Source: an uncultured Candidatus Saccharibacteria bacterium
GTDB taxonomy: Bacteria > Patescibacteriota > Doudnabacteria > UBA920
Length of the DNA stretch: 64,000 bases
Direction of reading: 5' to 3'
NCBI GenBank assembly: GCA_964384035.1
Contig: CAYLIB010000001.1
Span: 135,636-199,635 of the forward strand
Shown here: positions 56,300 through 64,000 of the stretch, piece by piece
Numbering within the stretch: position 1 is the stretch's first letter
Layout: each line of letters opens with the position of its first letter
Translations under genes and position numbers: made by a program
Notes under the pieces: generated by a model
Databases searched by the model: none
The model's input: only the letters and a program-made list of their open reading frames with translations
Told to the model about the DNA's origin: nothing

Positions 56300-58714
56300 A
56301 TGCCTATTATCGACATCACCGCCCAAGTCCGAGCCCGTCAAGAACAAGAACGGTTAAGCCAGCAGGCCGAGCAGGAAGCCAAAGAAGCCCCTGCCAAAGC
56401 CTGGTGGGGAAAAAACGGCACCTTCATTGAGGCGCATGTAACAACAAGATTGAAGCAACTAACTATCGGATCCACTCCAACTATAGAGGTGGATGGGCAC
56501 GAGGTAACATTCGTCACCCAGACTCTTCTGGGCGAACTACTAAACCAACCCTCAACCGAGGTTGCTCCCCAGATACAGTATTCCTGGGGGTGCGAGGTCT
56601 ACGTGGAAGGGTTCGAAACCCGGTTTCATTCCCACGTTAAGCACGAAGAAGTGCGACAAGGCTGGGGTTTAGTTAAACCCGGTGAACTGCGTCGGTGGGA
56701 CGAGAAAAATTTTACGGTAAGTGTTGAGTTTCAAATCCTTAATACGCATTCCGCAAAATTTACTCTAACTTGTCCGGTTGTCCCACAAGCCCCTGAGCTT
56801 AGGGGAGACCACGTCTTTCAATCGCTTATAGTTCAGCTCCCGAACGGTGAGGTCCTAGCTCAAGAGAACAATCTCACCAGACATGCGTTCAAGGGGCTAT
56901 GGGGTGACTTCGATGCAGAAAAATTAAAACTTCAAGGCATCGACCAAGAAGTTAAAAAGCTCGAAGCAATAATCAATCTAGAAACGCCAAAATGTGAGCT
57001 CTCTATGGTCGGAGTCACTCGCTACGAAAGTAGCGGCGCCCTGGTTGTAAAAGGTGATGTTTGGCACACGGGCCCCCCGGCCCAAAGTGTCCCATATCGC
57101 GTACAGGTAACAGCGTTGCTTTTCAATTTTTCCACTCCAACTTTTTCAAAGTCCGAAAAGGGAATTGGGGTGGACGATCTCAAGGTCGAAGTGAATCAAA
57201 AATTCGACCGTGAACAAATTAGAAAAAAAATTGAAAGCTATGTTACCGGGAAAATTCAAAACGCGGGCTTCCAAGTTAACGAGTACTCGCAAAAACTTAT
57301 TGACTCTTTGGTAGAAGCCTGCATAAAGGCAATGCCAAGGGTTGTAATTGAAAGCCAAGTTCTCGTGGTTGAAGAAGACCCATTCCAGCACAACCAAACC
57401 CGGGCAGAACAAGCCTACCCCGGCATGGGTATCTGCCCAAATGGACACGACGGGAAACTCCGAAAAGTTCTCCTCCCCGAAGTTGCAGAGTTTCTGGGAG
57501 TAAAAGGCGAACTTTTGGAAAATATTCCCGTGCAGTGGGGGTTGGGGCGAGTGGGCATGGGTTCACTCTTGAGTTTAGAAAACTTCACCGACCAACGTTT
57601 GGTTTTCGCAAGCCCTTTGCACCCAATAGGCGCTCGCTTTAAAGCGCAGGTAAAAACCCAAAACGGCAAAGCCAGCGCAACCACAGTTTTTAGTGCTAAT
57701 GTCATGCGCGACGTCACTCGTTACACCACAGGTGGCCCGGTAACCGAACCGGTCATTGTGGGAACCAAAAACGCCGAACATACATTCGCGGTGAGTCTCC
57801 CCGCAGGTTTCAAAGGCGACCTCAATGGTGAATATGAAATCGAGGTCTGCGACACTCACCAAAGACGCGGGACAGAATGTGTCTACATGGTCATTCTGCC
57901 AGAAGTGGCAGCAGACCAAGATGACTATTCAGTGACCGAAAGCTTTGTGGTTGGTATCGAAACCAGTGGTAGCCGCAGCTTCGAGCAAGTGTGGGTAATT
58001 TCCCCCAAAGGGAAATTTATTCCGCACTCTCGCGCCGAAGCAAGGGGAGGTAGGCGAGGCAGACCAGCAGACCGCACTCGCTACCACTGGGACTCCGCTC
58101 CTGCCGGGTGTCTCGTACTCACCCGGAGGCAGTCCAATTACGGCTACACCCACTCAGTGGAGTTCGTGGTCGTAAGGAAACCAGGGATTATCTCAAAAGA
58201 GCAACTGAGTGCAGTCGAAGTAATTCTCCAGAATACAACCAACTGGAAATACTTCGTCGGCTCCCAAGTTCGGTGGGATCTCTCCAAAGTGGGAAGCGTC
58301 ACCTTCACCACCGAACGGGAAGCAGGTCGTGATGATCTGGAAGATTTTATCCGCCAGATCAGCACCGCCCCGGTAAACCCGTTCGACTACGAGATCAAAC
58401 GGGAAGCAATACCTCCGGATTCCGAATTGAGGTCTCCGGCCGGTGTCCGCTTCACCGTCTATCCACTAAAAGCAGGTAACCAAATCCCACCCACAGAACT
58501 TTCTGCGCCAGTGGGTGAGGCTGAAACCGAGGGCGTCAAATTCGAACTCATGCCTTCCTCTCCTGGCTGGCTTCGCTGCAGCTGCGGGCGAGCCGAAATG
58601 TATTGGAAGAAGGCCGAGTGGAAAGCGCTCGAGCCCGAATCCAAACACACCGTAACCTGTAAGGGTTGCAGGGGAGTGGGCGAAATTCAAAAACCAAAGG
58701 AGGTAAAAAACTAA
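56300..58714 (+). CDS. 804-aa protein with a C-terminal zinc-ribbon EWKAL module (high GC); paralogue by C-terminus of 13301..15718
   Basis: RBS aaaggag plus ATG at 56300; the track's upstream extension from 56153 is rejected. C-terminus GWLRCSCGRAEMYWKKAEWKALEPESKHTVTCKGCRGVG matches that of the island-1 805-aa protein. Confidence 0.6.
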   Translation: MPIIDITAQVRARQEQERLSQQAEQEAKEAPAKAWWGKNGTFIEAHVTTRLKQLTIGSTPTIEVDGHEVTFVTQTLLGELLNQPSTEVAPQIQYSWGCEVYVEGFETRFHSHVKHEEVRQGWGLVKPGELRRWDEKNFTVSVEFQILNTHSAKFTLTCPVVPQAPELRGDHVFQSLIVQLPNGEVLAQENNLTRHAFKGLWGDFDAEKLKLQGIDQEVKKLEAIINLETPKCELSMVGVTRYESSGALVVKGDVWHTGPPAQSVPYRVQVTALLFNFSTPTFSKSEKGIGVDDLKVEVNQKFDREQIRKKIESYVTGKIQNAGFQVNEYSQKLIDSLVEACIKAMPRVVIESQVLVVEEDPFQHNQTRAEQAYPGMGICPNGHDGKLRKVLLPEVAEFLGVKGELLENIPVQWGLGRVGMGSLLSLENFTDQRLVFASPLHPIGARFKAQVKTQNGKASATTVFSANVMRDVTRYTTGGPVTEPVIVGTKNAEHTFAVSLPAGFKGDLNGEYEIEVCDTHQRRGTECVYMVILPEVAADQDDYSVTESFVVGIETSGSRSFEQVWVISPKGKFIPHSRAEARGGRRGRPADRTRYHWDSAPAGCLVLTRRQSNYGYTHSVEFVVVRKPGIISKEQLSAVEVILQNTTNWKYFVGSQVRWDLSKVGSVTFTTEREAGRDDLEDFIRQISTAPVNPFDYEIKREAIPPDSELRSPAGVRFTVYPLKAGNQIPPTELSAPVGEAETEGVKFELMPSSPGWLRCSCGRAEMYWKKAEWKALEPESKHTVTCKGCRGVGEIQKPKEVKN

Positions 58715-58836
58715 CACGAGGGTCACCCTCATCACACACCGGGGACGATAAAACATACGTCCCCCTCTTTTTCCAGCCTGTGACCACCATCGTCGTCGGC
58801 ATGGAAATTGAGAAAAATTTTATAAGGAGAAAAATT

Positions 58837-59514
58837 ATGGAGCTAACTAATCAGGAGTTATTCTGGGTAGCGGTAGCAATGTTACCGCAGGGTTCAAAAA
58901 GAAGAGTTAGGCTAGAGCGTATGCAAGAAGAATCAGAACTGTGCCTGGTATGTGGGTACATCGACCAAGGTGACCCAGTTCACAAAGTACACGGCGAGAA
59001 AGTTTTGGAATACCTACGAGAATTAGAAGCCGGTCTAAAAGTATGTTGCGCCGCATACCCCAACTGTCACAACGACCCTGGCGGATATGTGCTAATAGGC
59101 GGTCCTGAGGAGATTAGGTTTTGCTCCGACTTCTGTCGGTTGAGTCTAATGAATCCAAAAAAATACAAAAAACTCCTCGCCCAAACCCCTAAGGAAGGAG
59201 AGGTGGAAAACTTCGAAAAGAAGTTAAAGAAAATTCCTCTCAAAGCAATAAAAAAAGCCGTGGGTGAAACCGAACAAAGAGAGGGGATAGACGTCCCCAC
59301 TAGTATTACGGAAAAAGACAGAGAATCTGTTATAAAATATTTACTAGTAGTAAGGTCTGTTGAATCCGGTGCATGGGATTGGATAAACCATCCCGATAGA
59401 CTTTACGCCAACATTACCAAAATCGAAGGCTTAACAATTTACGGTCACGTTTTCTACGATGACCAAGAGGACTTCGAGGAGGTCGAAATAGACCTCACTT
59501 TTTCAGGGGATTAA
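58837..59514 (+). CDS. Cys-rich protein (high GC); last gene of island 2
   Basis: RBS aaggag plus ATG at 58837. Cysteine clusters CLVCGY, CCAAYPNCHND and FCSDFC. Terminator gggatt / aatccc plus T-run at about 59508-59535. Confidence 0.5.
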   Translation: MELTNQELFWVAVAMLPQGSKRRVRLERMQEESELCLVCGYIDQGDPVHKVHGEKVLEYLRELEAGLKVCCAAYPNCHNDPGGYVLIGGPEEIRFCSDFCRLSLMNPKKYKKLLAQTPKEGEVENFEKKLKKIPLKAIKKAVGETEQREGIDVPTSITEKDRESVIKYLLVVRSVESGAWDWINHPDRLYANITKIEGLTIYGHVFYDDQEDFEEVEIDLTFSGD

Positions 59515-59577
59515 AAAAATCCCTTGCTTTTTTTATTCCCCCGGATTTCGCTATACTATCTCTATAATAAAAAACCT

Positions 59578-60744
59578 ATGCCCGAAACCCATCACGCAGA
59601 ATATGATTTTCCAGAATTTCGCATCCCTTCTGAGACAGAATTCATAGAATACCAAGAAGGTAAAGAAGCGGAATATATAAACTCGATACTAGATATTAAA
59701 ACAGCAGAAAAAATACCAGAACGCGCCAAGGTCCCACTGGTAAGGTTTCTACAAAAATATGCAGAATACCCAACAGGTGCAACAGCACAGCTCCGTTTCG
59801 GAATACAAAGGCTGCCCGAAAAAGCTCGGATAGAGCTATTAAGTGGGTTCGCTGCAGCAGATATAAGTGAAGACTACGCCCTAACACTTGTTTCTCTTGC
59901 GCGCAACGTAAGAGACACTCGTGCAGTATCCGAATTAATGTCTACGTTTAACGCAATTCTAGACAACGCCGAAAAAGTAGACGACTTTTTGGGAGAATCA
60001 TATAAGTCGGAAGGTGTAGACAAAGAAGCAATGAGCACAGCCGCCAAGCAAAGCCTTGTACGTCGTGCAGCACGTGTCCTGAGTAACCAAGGGATAGGTA
60101 TAGGCCTTAGTTCTATAACAATTGAGCAAGCACGCAAAGAGCTTACACATATTAACGCAGACGCGCTGCTAACCACACAAACCATTCGAGCAGCACTTGA
60201 AAACGATTCAGAGTTTACATTAGAAAAGCTTAAAACGCTCACCATAGAATCCGGCTACGGAAACAATATACCACCAGAAAATATTCAAGCTCTCATAGAA
60301 ATAAACACAGAAAATTGGACAACCAAAGAAGGGAAAGAAAAAACTTCAAGTGAGTATATCGAAGAATTGAATCGTAAATTTGAAGAGCTAAAAAATAACC
60401 CCAATGCAAAGCTTGCGGTATTAAAAGACAAAGAAGAGATAGTCGCCGGAGTCTATTATATAGACGAGCGCGGCGAAGACGGAGAGATAAAGAGTATATA
60501 TGCCGGCGGGTTTAACGTACGCAAAAGCTATCAGAAAGAAAAAGTGGGTGAGTTATTTTTGAGCCAAACGCTTGCCGACGAACGAAAAAGAAACTTAAAA
60601 ATAAGAAGCATAACCAGTCCCAACCAACCTATGCTTCCTAAGTATATAAAAATGGGTTTTAAAGAAGGACGACATTTTACTTTAGAAACTGGCGAACCCA
60701 GAGTAGAGCTAGAAATTCCACCCGATGCATCACGCCCCGCCTAA
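59578..60744 (+). CDS. Partner protein (about 388 aa) with a GNAT-like C-terminal domain; short paralogue of 40218..42227
   Basis: C-terminus IVAGVYYIDERGEDGEIKSIYAGGFNVRKSYQKEKVGELF is homologous to that of the 669-aa protein. ATG at 59578 preferred; the track start at 59524 lies inside the upstream terminator. Confidence 0.5.
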   Translation: MPETHHAEYDFPEFRIPSETEFIEYQEGKEAEYINSILDIKTAEKIPERAKVPLVRFLQKYAEYPTGATAQLRFGIQRLPEKARIELLSGFAAADISEDYALTLVSLARNVRDTRAVSELMSTFNAILDNAEKVDDFLGESYKSEGVDKEAMSTAAKQSLVRRAARVLSNQGIGIGLSSITIEQARKELTHINADALLTTQTIRAALENDSEFTLEKLKTLTIESGYGNNIPPENIQALIEINTENWTTKEGKEKTSSEYIEELNRKFEELKNNPNAKLAVLKDKEEIVAGVYYIDERGEDGEIKSIYAGGFNVRKSYQKEKVGELFLSQTLADERKRNLKIRSITSPNQPMLPKYIKMGFKEGRHFTLETGEPRVELEIPPDASRPA

Positions 60745-60756
60745 CGCGGGGTTTTA
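60733..60756. terminator. Bidirectional terminator between 59578 and 60754
   Basis: Stem gccccgc / gcggggt with loop ctaa (containing the stop codon), then tttt. Confidence 0.5.
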
Positions 60757-61539
60757 TAATGCCCGCGCCTTCTCCCATGTAAACTCGTACAACTGTCTAT
60801 GCAATTCAGCTATATGAGCGTCTTCAATAATAACTCCAATATATTTGTCCTTCTCAAACGTCATATAGCTAATCTTATTGTCGTAAATCTGAAGCATGCT
60901 CTTAAACTGCATGGGGGAGTGGACACGGTCTACTAAGCGAATGTCTGTAATATCACGGTGGTAGTCTGCTAAATACGCACGGTTCTCCAAAGAATCATTC
61001 ACCAAATTTCGTTTCTTTATTTTAAGTCGTCTACGGACCTTAACGTATTCATCGTTAAGGTCTTTTAAATGCGCCTGAATAACCGACATATCCAAATAGG
61101 CAAGTATCTCACCTTTGGCAGTTAAGTTATCGAATGCCACCGTACGAATTCCTTCCAGTCCTTCAAAAAATTGCACCGAAGGTTTCCCAACCGACAAGTT
61201 GTACTCAGAAGAAAGTGTCCCCATAACAGCAGCCAGCGACTCTTTAGCGGTTTGTGCTTCTTTTTCGCGTCGTGCAATAAGCTCCTCTAAGTGTCTCGGG
61301 TGATTCGCCTCAAACAAAGCCACCTTCCCCGGTTCATCTTTCTTTACAACAAGCTCAAGTTCTAATAATTGATCCAGAATCCGATATGCGATAACCCGTT
61401 CCATCTGTACTGCACTAGCCAATTTACTAGCAGTACTCGCACCACTCTTAAGAAGCGATTCATACACCAAAGCCTGCTGGTCAGTTAAGCCGGCCAACGT
61501 TAAATGTTCAAAGTATGTATGTGAGTGGGGGATGTTCAT
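60754..61539 (-). CDS. TrmB-family winged-HTH transcriptional regulator paralogue (copy 7)
   Basis: MNIPHSHTYFEHLTLAGLTDQQALVYESLLKSGASTASKLA... Close paralogue of copy 4. Shares the MNIP start with copy 6; the track's upstream ATG at 61572 is the alternative. Confidence 0.7.
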   Translation of the reverse strand: MNIPHSHTYFEHLTLAGLTDQQALVYESLLKSGASTASKLASAVQMERVIAYRILDQLLELELVVKKDEPGKVALFEANHPRHLEELIARREKEAQTAKESLAAVMGTLSSEYNLSVGKPSVQFFEGLEGIRTVAFDNLTAKGEILAYLDMSVIQAHLKDLNDEYVKVRRRLKIKKRNLVNDSLENRAYLADYHRDITDIRLVDRVHSPMQFKSMLQIYDNKISYMTFEKDKYIGVIIEDAHIAELHRQLYEFTWEKARAL

Positions 61540-61766
61540 ATGTTGCGTTAGGGTATGTAAGAAATCACACATACCATAGATTCCTGTTACCCGAATAAAT
61601 GAAAACCATTCATTCCGAGCCTAAGAAACTCTTTTCTATAAACTATTATATCACAACAAGATAATTTTGTAAAACAAAAAGTTACAAAAACATATAAATA
61701 AAATAAGCAAAATGTGCTTATTATATTAAATAATATTACAAATACAAATATTTTGTATCAATATTA

Positions 61767-61795
61767 TTGACATTTATATAAATTTATGGCATACT
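61767..61795 (+). promoter_or_regulatory. Conserved cassette promoter (copy D)
   Basis: TTGACA, 17 nt, tgg-CATACT. Identical to 43143-43171 apart from one spacer base. Confidence 0.55.
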
Positions 61796-61899
61796 ATCAC
61801 TTAAACCAAAACGCAAAAAAACCGAACTCCAAAGCAAGCGCTAAGGTATTCATATCTAAAAACTACAACGCGGCCTCAGCCGCAAAATAAGGAGAGAAA

Positions 61900-63432
61900 A
61901 TGACTAATCTTAAAAAAGCAGAATCAATTATTTGGTCCGATGGTAACAAAGTTTCGCGAGTAATCGAATCCCAAGTGGGAACTTTGATAATGTACGGAGG
62001 ACGATGGGGGATCGTCCACAAGAGCAGTCTGAATGGTCATGTGATCATGAGTGACGCATTTCTTACATCATGCTCGTACCACAACGTTGATATCACCACG
62101 CCACTCCCCACTGAACTAACGGTATTGACTTATAGTGGTAAAGCCACGGGTCACGGACGGCTTTCGGCAGGGAGTCCGGTGCTCGAAGGTACCACGATCA
62201 TTCCGGCTGGTACCGAGATTGCCAAGGCGCTAACTACCAAAGGCGAGCACCCGTGTTGGGTATCCTCAGTTCTGGAAGTGGGAGAGGGAAAACTAGTTAG
62301 TGTCCTGGATATCGGTAACCATGGCGGCTGGTTCGGAATGAGATTCTCTGGGGAGAGCTCAAGTGCTCCTAATCTCCAGCTTTCATCCGAAGATGATCAG
62401 GTGACTCTGGTCAACTTCCATTTCGACAGCGACGACCGGTACATGGCCCGACGGGTAGTGCTCAACAAAGGCTGGGTCCGCGAAGCCGAGCCAGAATTTC
62501 ATGAAGTGGTTGAAGGAGCGCCCACCGAGGTTCTGGTGGAGTGGCTGGTTACAGGGGACCGCAAGCACCCCTTCTCCGACCATTTGAAAAAACTCCGCGT
62601 AGCGCTTCATGAGTTCGAGTTGCGTCGTGAGCTCAGTGACGGCAAGCGCCGCCATTATAGTGATCAGGGTAGGTACGAATGGAAGACAGTGCAGGAAGCT
62701 GCCATCGCCTATCTAGGTAAAGATGTTCGAAAAGCATCGCAGATCCCAAGCGATGCAAAAATCGAACTCGAGACTCTCGTTCCAGCCGAGCTCTGGGCCC
62801 AGCGCGAAACCTTGGACACGATCGAAATTCCGGGACTCGGGCGCAAGCAGCTCGAGCACCCTAAAGACTACGGTGGACTTGGTTCGTCTGCCAGAGCCGA
62901 AGTCCGGCTCACGCGGGACGAGGCAAAGAAGGTCACGTCGTGGCCATTCCTCGACGTAGTTCTAATTGTGGACGGCACCGCGCCATTCACACATTGGTCC
63001 CACGTGATATACGATGGGATGTACACACCTAAGCAGCGCTGGTTCCACGCGTCAACCGAACTAGGGTTGATCCAGTATGGAGAATACAGTGTCGGATCGG
63101 AAGTCAAAACGATATCAATCGAAGGGAAAGGCATGAAGAAAGATGTTCCGACCGAAGCGATCTCCGTTGATCAACCGCTCACCGGACAGAATATAGATAT
63201 CTTTCACGCCGTCCTGAAATCAGGCGACCGTGCAGAAATCTATGGGGACTGCGGAGTCGGTCGCACGTTGGTCTTCGAGGAGCAGGGAGTCGCGCACGTC
63301 GTAATCCGGCGAGTGTCGGCCGGGTCAAAGACCCGGTACTACATCGCTACCGTGAGCAGTGATGGGGTTTTCGGCCCAGCTCCGGCTGGGATGGCAGTAA
63401 GCGACCAGGGGGTCGCATACTGGGAAGACTAA
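61900..63432 (+). CDS. Hypothetical protein (high GC); head-to-head cargo of TrmB copy 7
   Basis: RBS aaggagag. 510 aa. No recognisable motif. Confidence 0.5.
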   Translation: MTNLKKAESIIWSDGNKVSRVIESQVGTLIMYGGRWGIVHKSSLNGHVIMSDAFLTSCSYHNVDITTPLPTELTVLTYSGKATGHGRLSAGSPVLEGTTIIPAGTEIAKALTTKGEHPCWVSSVLEVGEGKLVSVLDIGNHGGWFGMRFSGESSSAPNLQLSSEDDQVTLVNFHFDSDDRYMARRVVLNKGWVREAEPEFHEVVEGAPTEVLVEWLVTGDRKHPFSDHLKKLRVALHEFELRRELSDGKRRHYSDQGRYEWKTVQEAAIAYLGKDVRKASQIPSDAKIELETLVPAELWAQRETLDTIEIPGLGRKQLEHPKDYGGLGSSARAEVRLTRDEAKKVTSWPFLDVVLIVDGTAPFTHWSHVIYDGMYTPKQRWFHASTELGLIQYGEYSVGSEVKTISIEGKGMKKDVPTEAISVDQPLTGQNIDIFHAVLKSGDRAEIYGDCGVGRTLVFEEQGVAHVVIRRVSAGSKTRYYIATVSSDGVFGPAPAGMAVSDQGVAYWED

Positions 63433-63667
63433 TTCACAAAGTGGCAATGATCCTCATTGCCACTATTTTTTTCGAAGATCACATAATGTGTATAGATACC
63501 ACAACTTTCAATTATACGATGATTAATGTAAGCCTAAATTTCATTTAGCTATAAACTATGCGAAGGGTCTTTAAGTAAAAATTTTGCAAGCATAACTTGT
63601 CACATTAAAGTGTCCCAAGTGACTTTCTCAGTTCCAACAATTACTTGCTATAATTACTTATCTATAT

Positions 63668-64000
63668 ATGCTTTCTACACTACTTAAAACTATAAATCCC
63701 AATGTCATTGTCGATCTTTTTGCCGAAGCCAAACGAAGAAGAGAAGGTCAAGATCCGCAGGTCCGGACACTAATTTTAATAAGTGGTGGTGGGGCATCTG
63801 GGGCCATTGGTGCCGCACAAATGGAAGTCTTATTTGAGCATGGTCTAGATATTGCAGTAGACAAAATATACGGACAATCTACTGGAGCAGCTATAGCATC
63901 GTATGCCACATCAAAAGATAGTTTAGAGATAGGCAAAAAAAATTACGAAGAATTTGTTTCGGGTGCGCGTACTTTGCACAGTTCAGGGAGGAGATTCTTT
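63668..64000 (+). CDS. Patatin-like phospholipase (5' part; runs off the window end)
   Basis: ATG at 63668, open to the window end. Oxyanion motif SGGGASG and GxSxG motif GQSTG. Confidence 0.55.
   Translation, partial: MLSTLLKTINPNVIVDLFAEAKRRREGQDPQVRTLILISGGGASGAIGAAQMEVLFEHGLDIAVDKIYGQSTGAAIASYATSKDSLEIGKKNYEEFVSGARTLHSSGRRFF

Noticed and set aside
1-64000. CRISPR arrays, rRNA or tRNA genes, and integrase or transposase genes
   Set aside because: No regularly spaced short direct repeats. No rRNA-like conserved stretches. No convincing tRNA cloverleaf, T-loop or acceptor features at island boundaries on inspection. No recombinase or transposase motif in any ORF. Absence by eye is not proof; tRNAscan or Infernal would settle it.

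Overview
This window is a low-GC (roughly 35–42%) bacterial backbone with ordinary housekeeping genes, carrying two long high-GC blocks and several short high-GC inserts. The housekeeping genes are a VanW-domain protein, TsaE, a degenerate DHH/NrnA-like protein, a GspE/PilB secretion ATPase, a giant PA14-domain surface protein, DNA polymerase I, RecQ and a Rieske oxygenase. A candidate-phyla/Patescibacteria-like origin is only an inference from that gene content. The high-GC blocks lie at about 12.65–21.8 kb and 53.46–59.5 kb (roughly 55–60% GC). No rRNA, tRNA or CRISPR array was recognised by eye.

The dominant structure is a seven-fold repeated three-part unit. Each unit has a paralogous winged-HTH regulator of the TrmB family. 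This regulator is arranged tail-to-tail with a partner gene; in five units the partner is a large, rapidly diverged helical protein with a variable C-terminal domain, either SAM-methyltransferase-like or GNAT-like. The regulator is arranged head-to-head with cargo genes of higher GC. The head-to-head spacers downstream of four of the five minus-strand regulators (not 36201) share one TTGACA-17-CATACT-type promoter; two are near-identical over about 50 bp and two share a homologous 5' leader. Regulators and partners co-diverge in subfamilies. Units at 12.65–27.3 kb and 49.4–59.5 kb are mirror-image paralogues; units at 40.2–45.2 kb and 59.6–63.4 kb are direct paralogues.

One unit (35.25–38.03 kb) is flanked by about 69-bp direct repeats of the recQ 3' end, together with a recQ C-terminal pseudogene fragment. 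This is an integration-site signature and suggests the units are mobile. The two long high-GC cargo blocks each end with a roughly 800-aa coiled-coil protein carrying a conserved C-terminal zinc-ribbon EWKAL module, followed by a small Cys-rich protein. The first block also encodes a DEAH-type SF2 helicase.

Many short track ORFs that overlap these genes on the opposite strand are treated as spurious.
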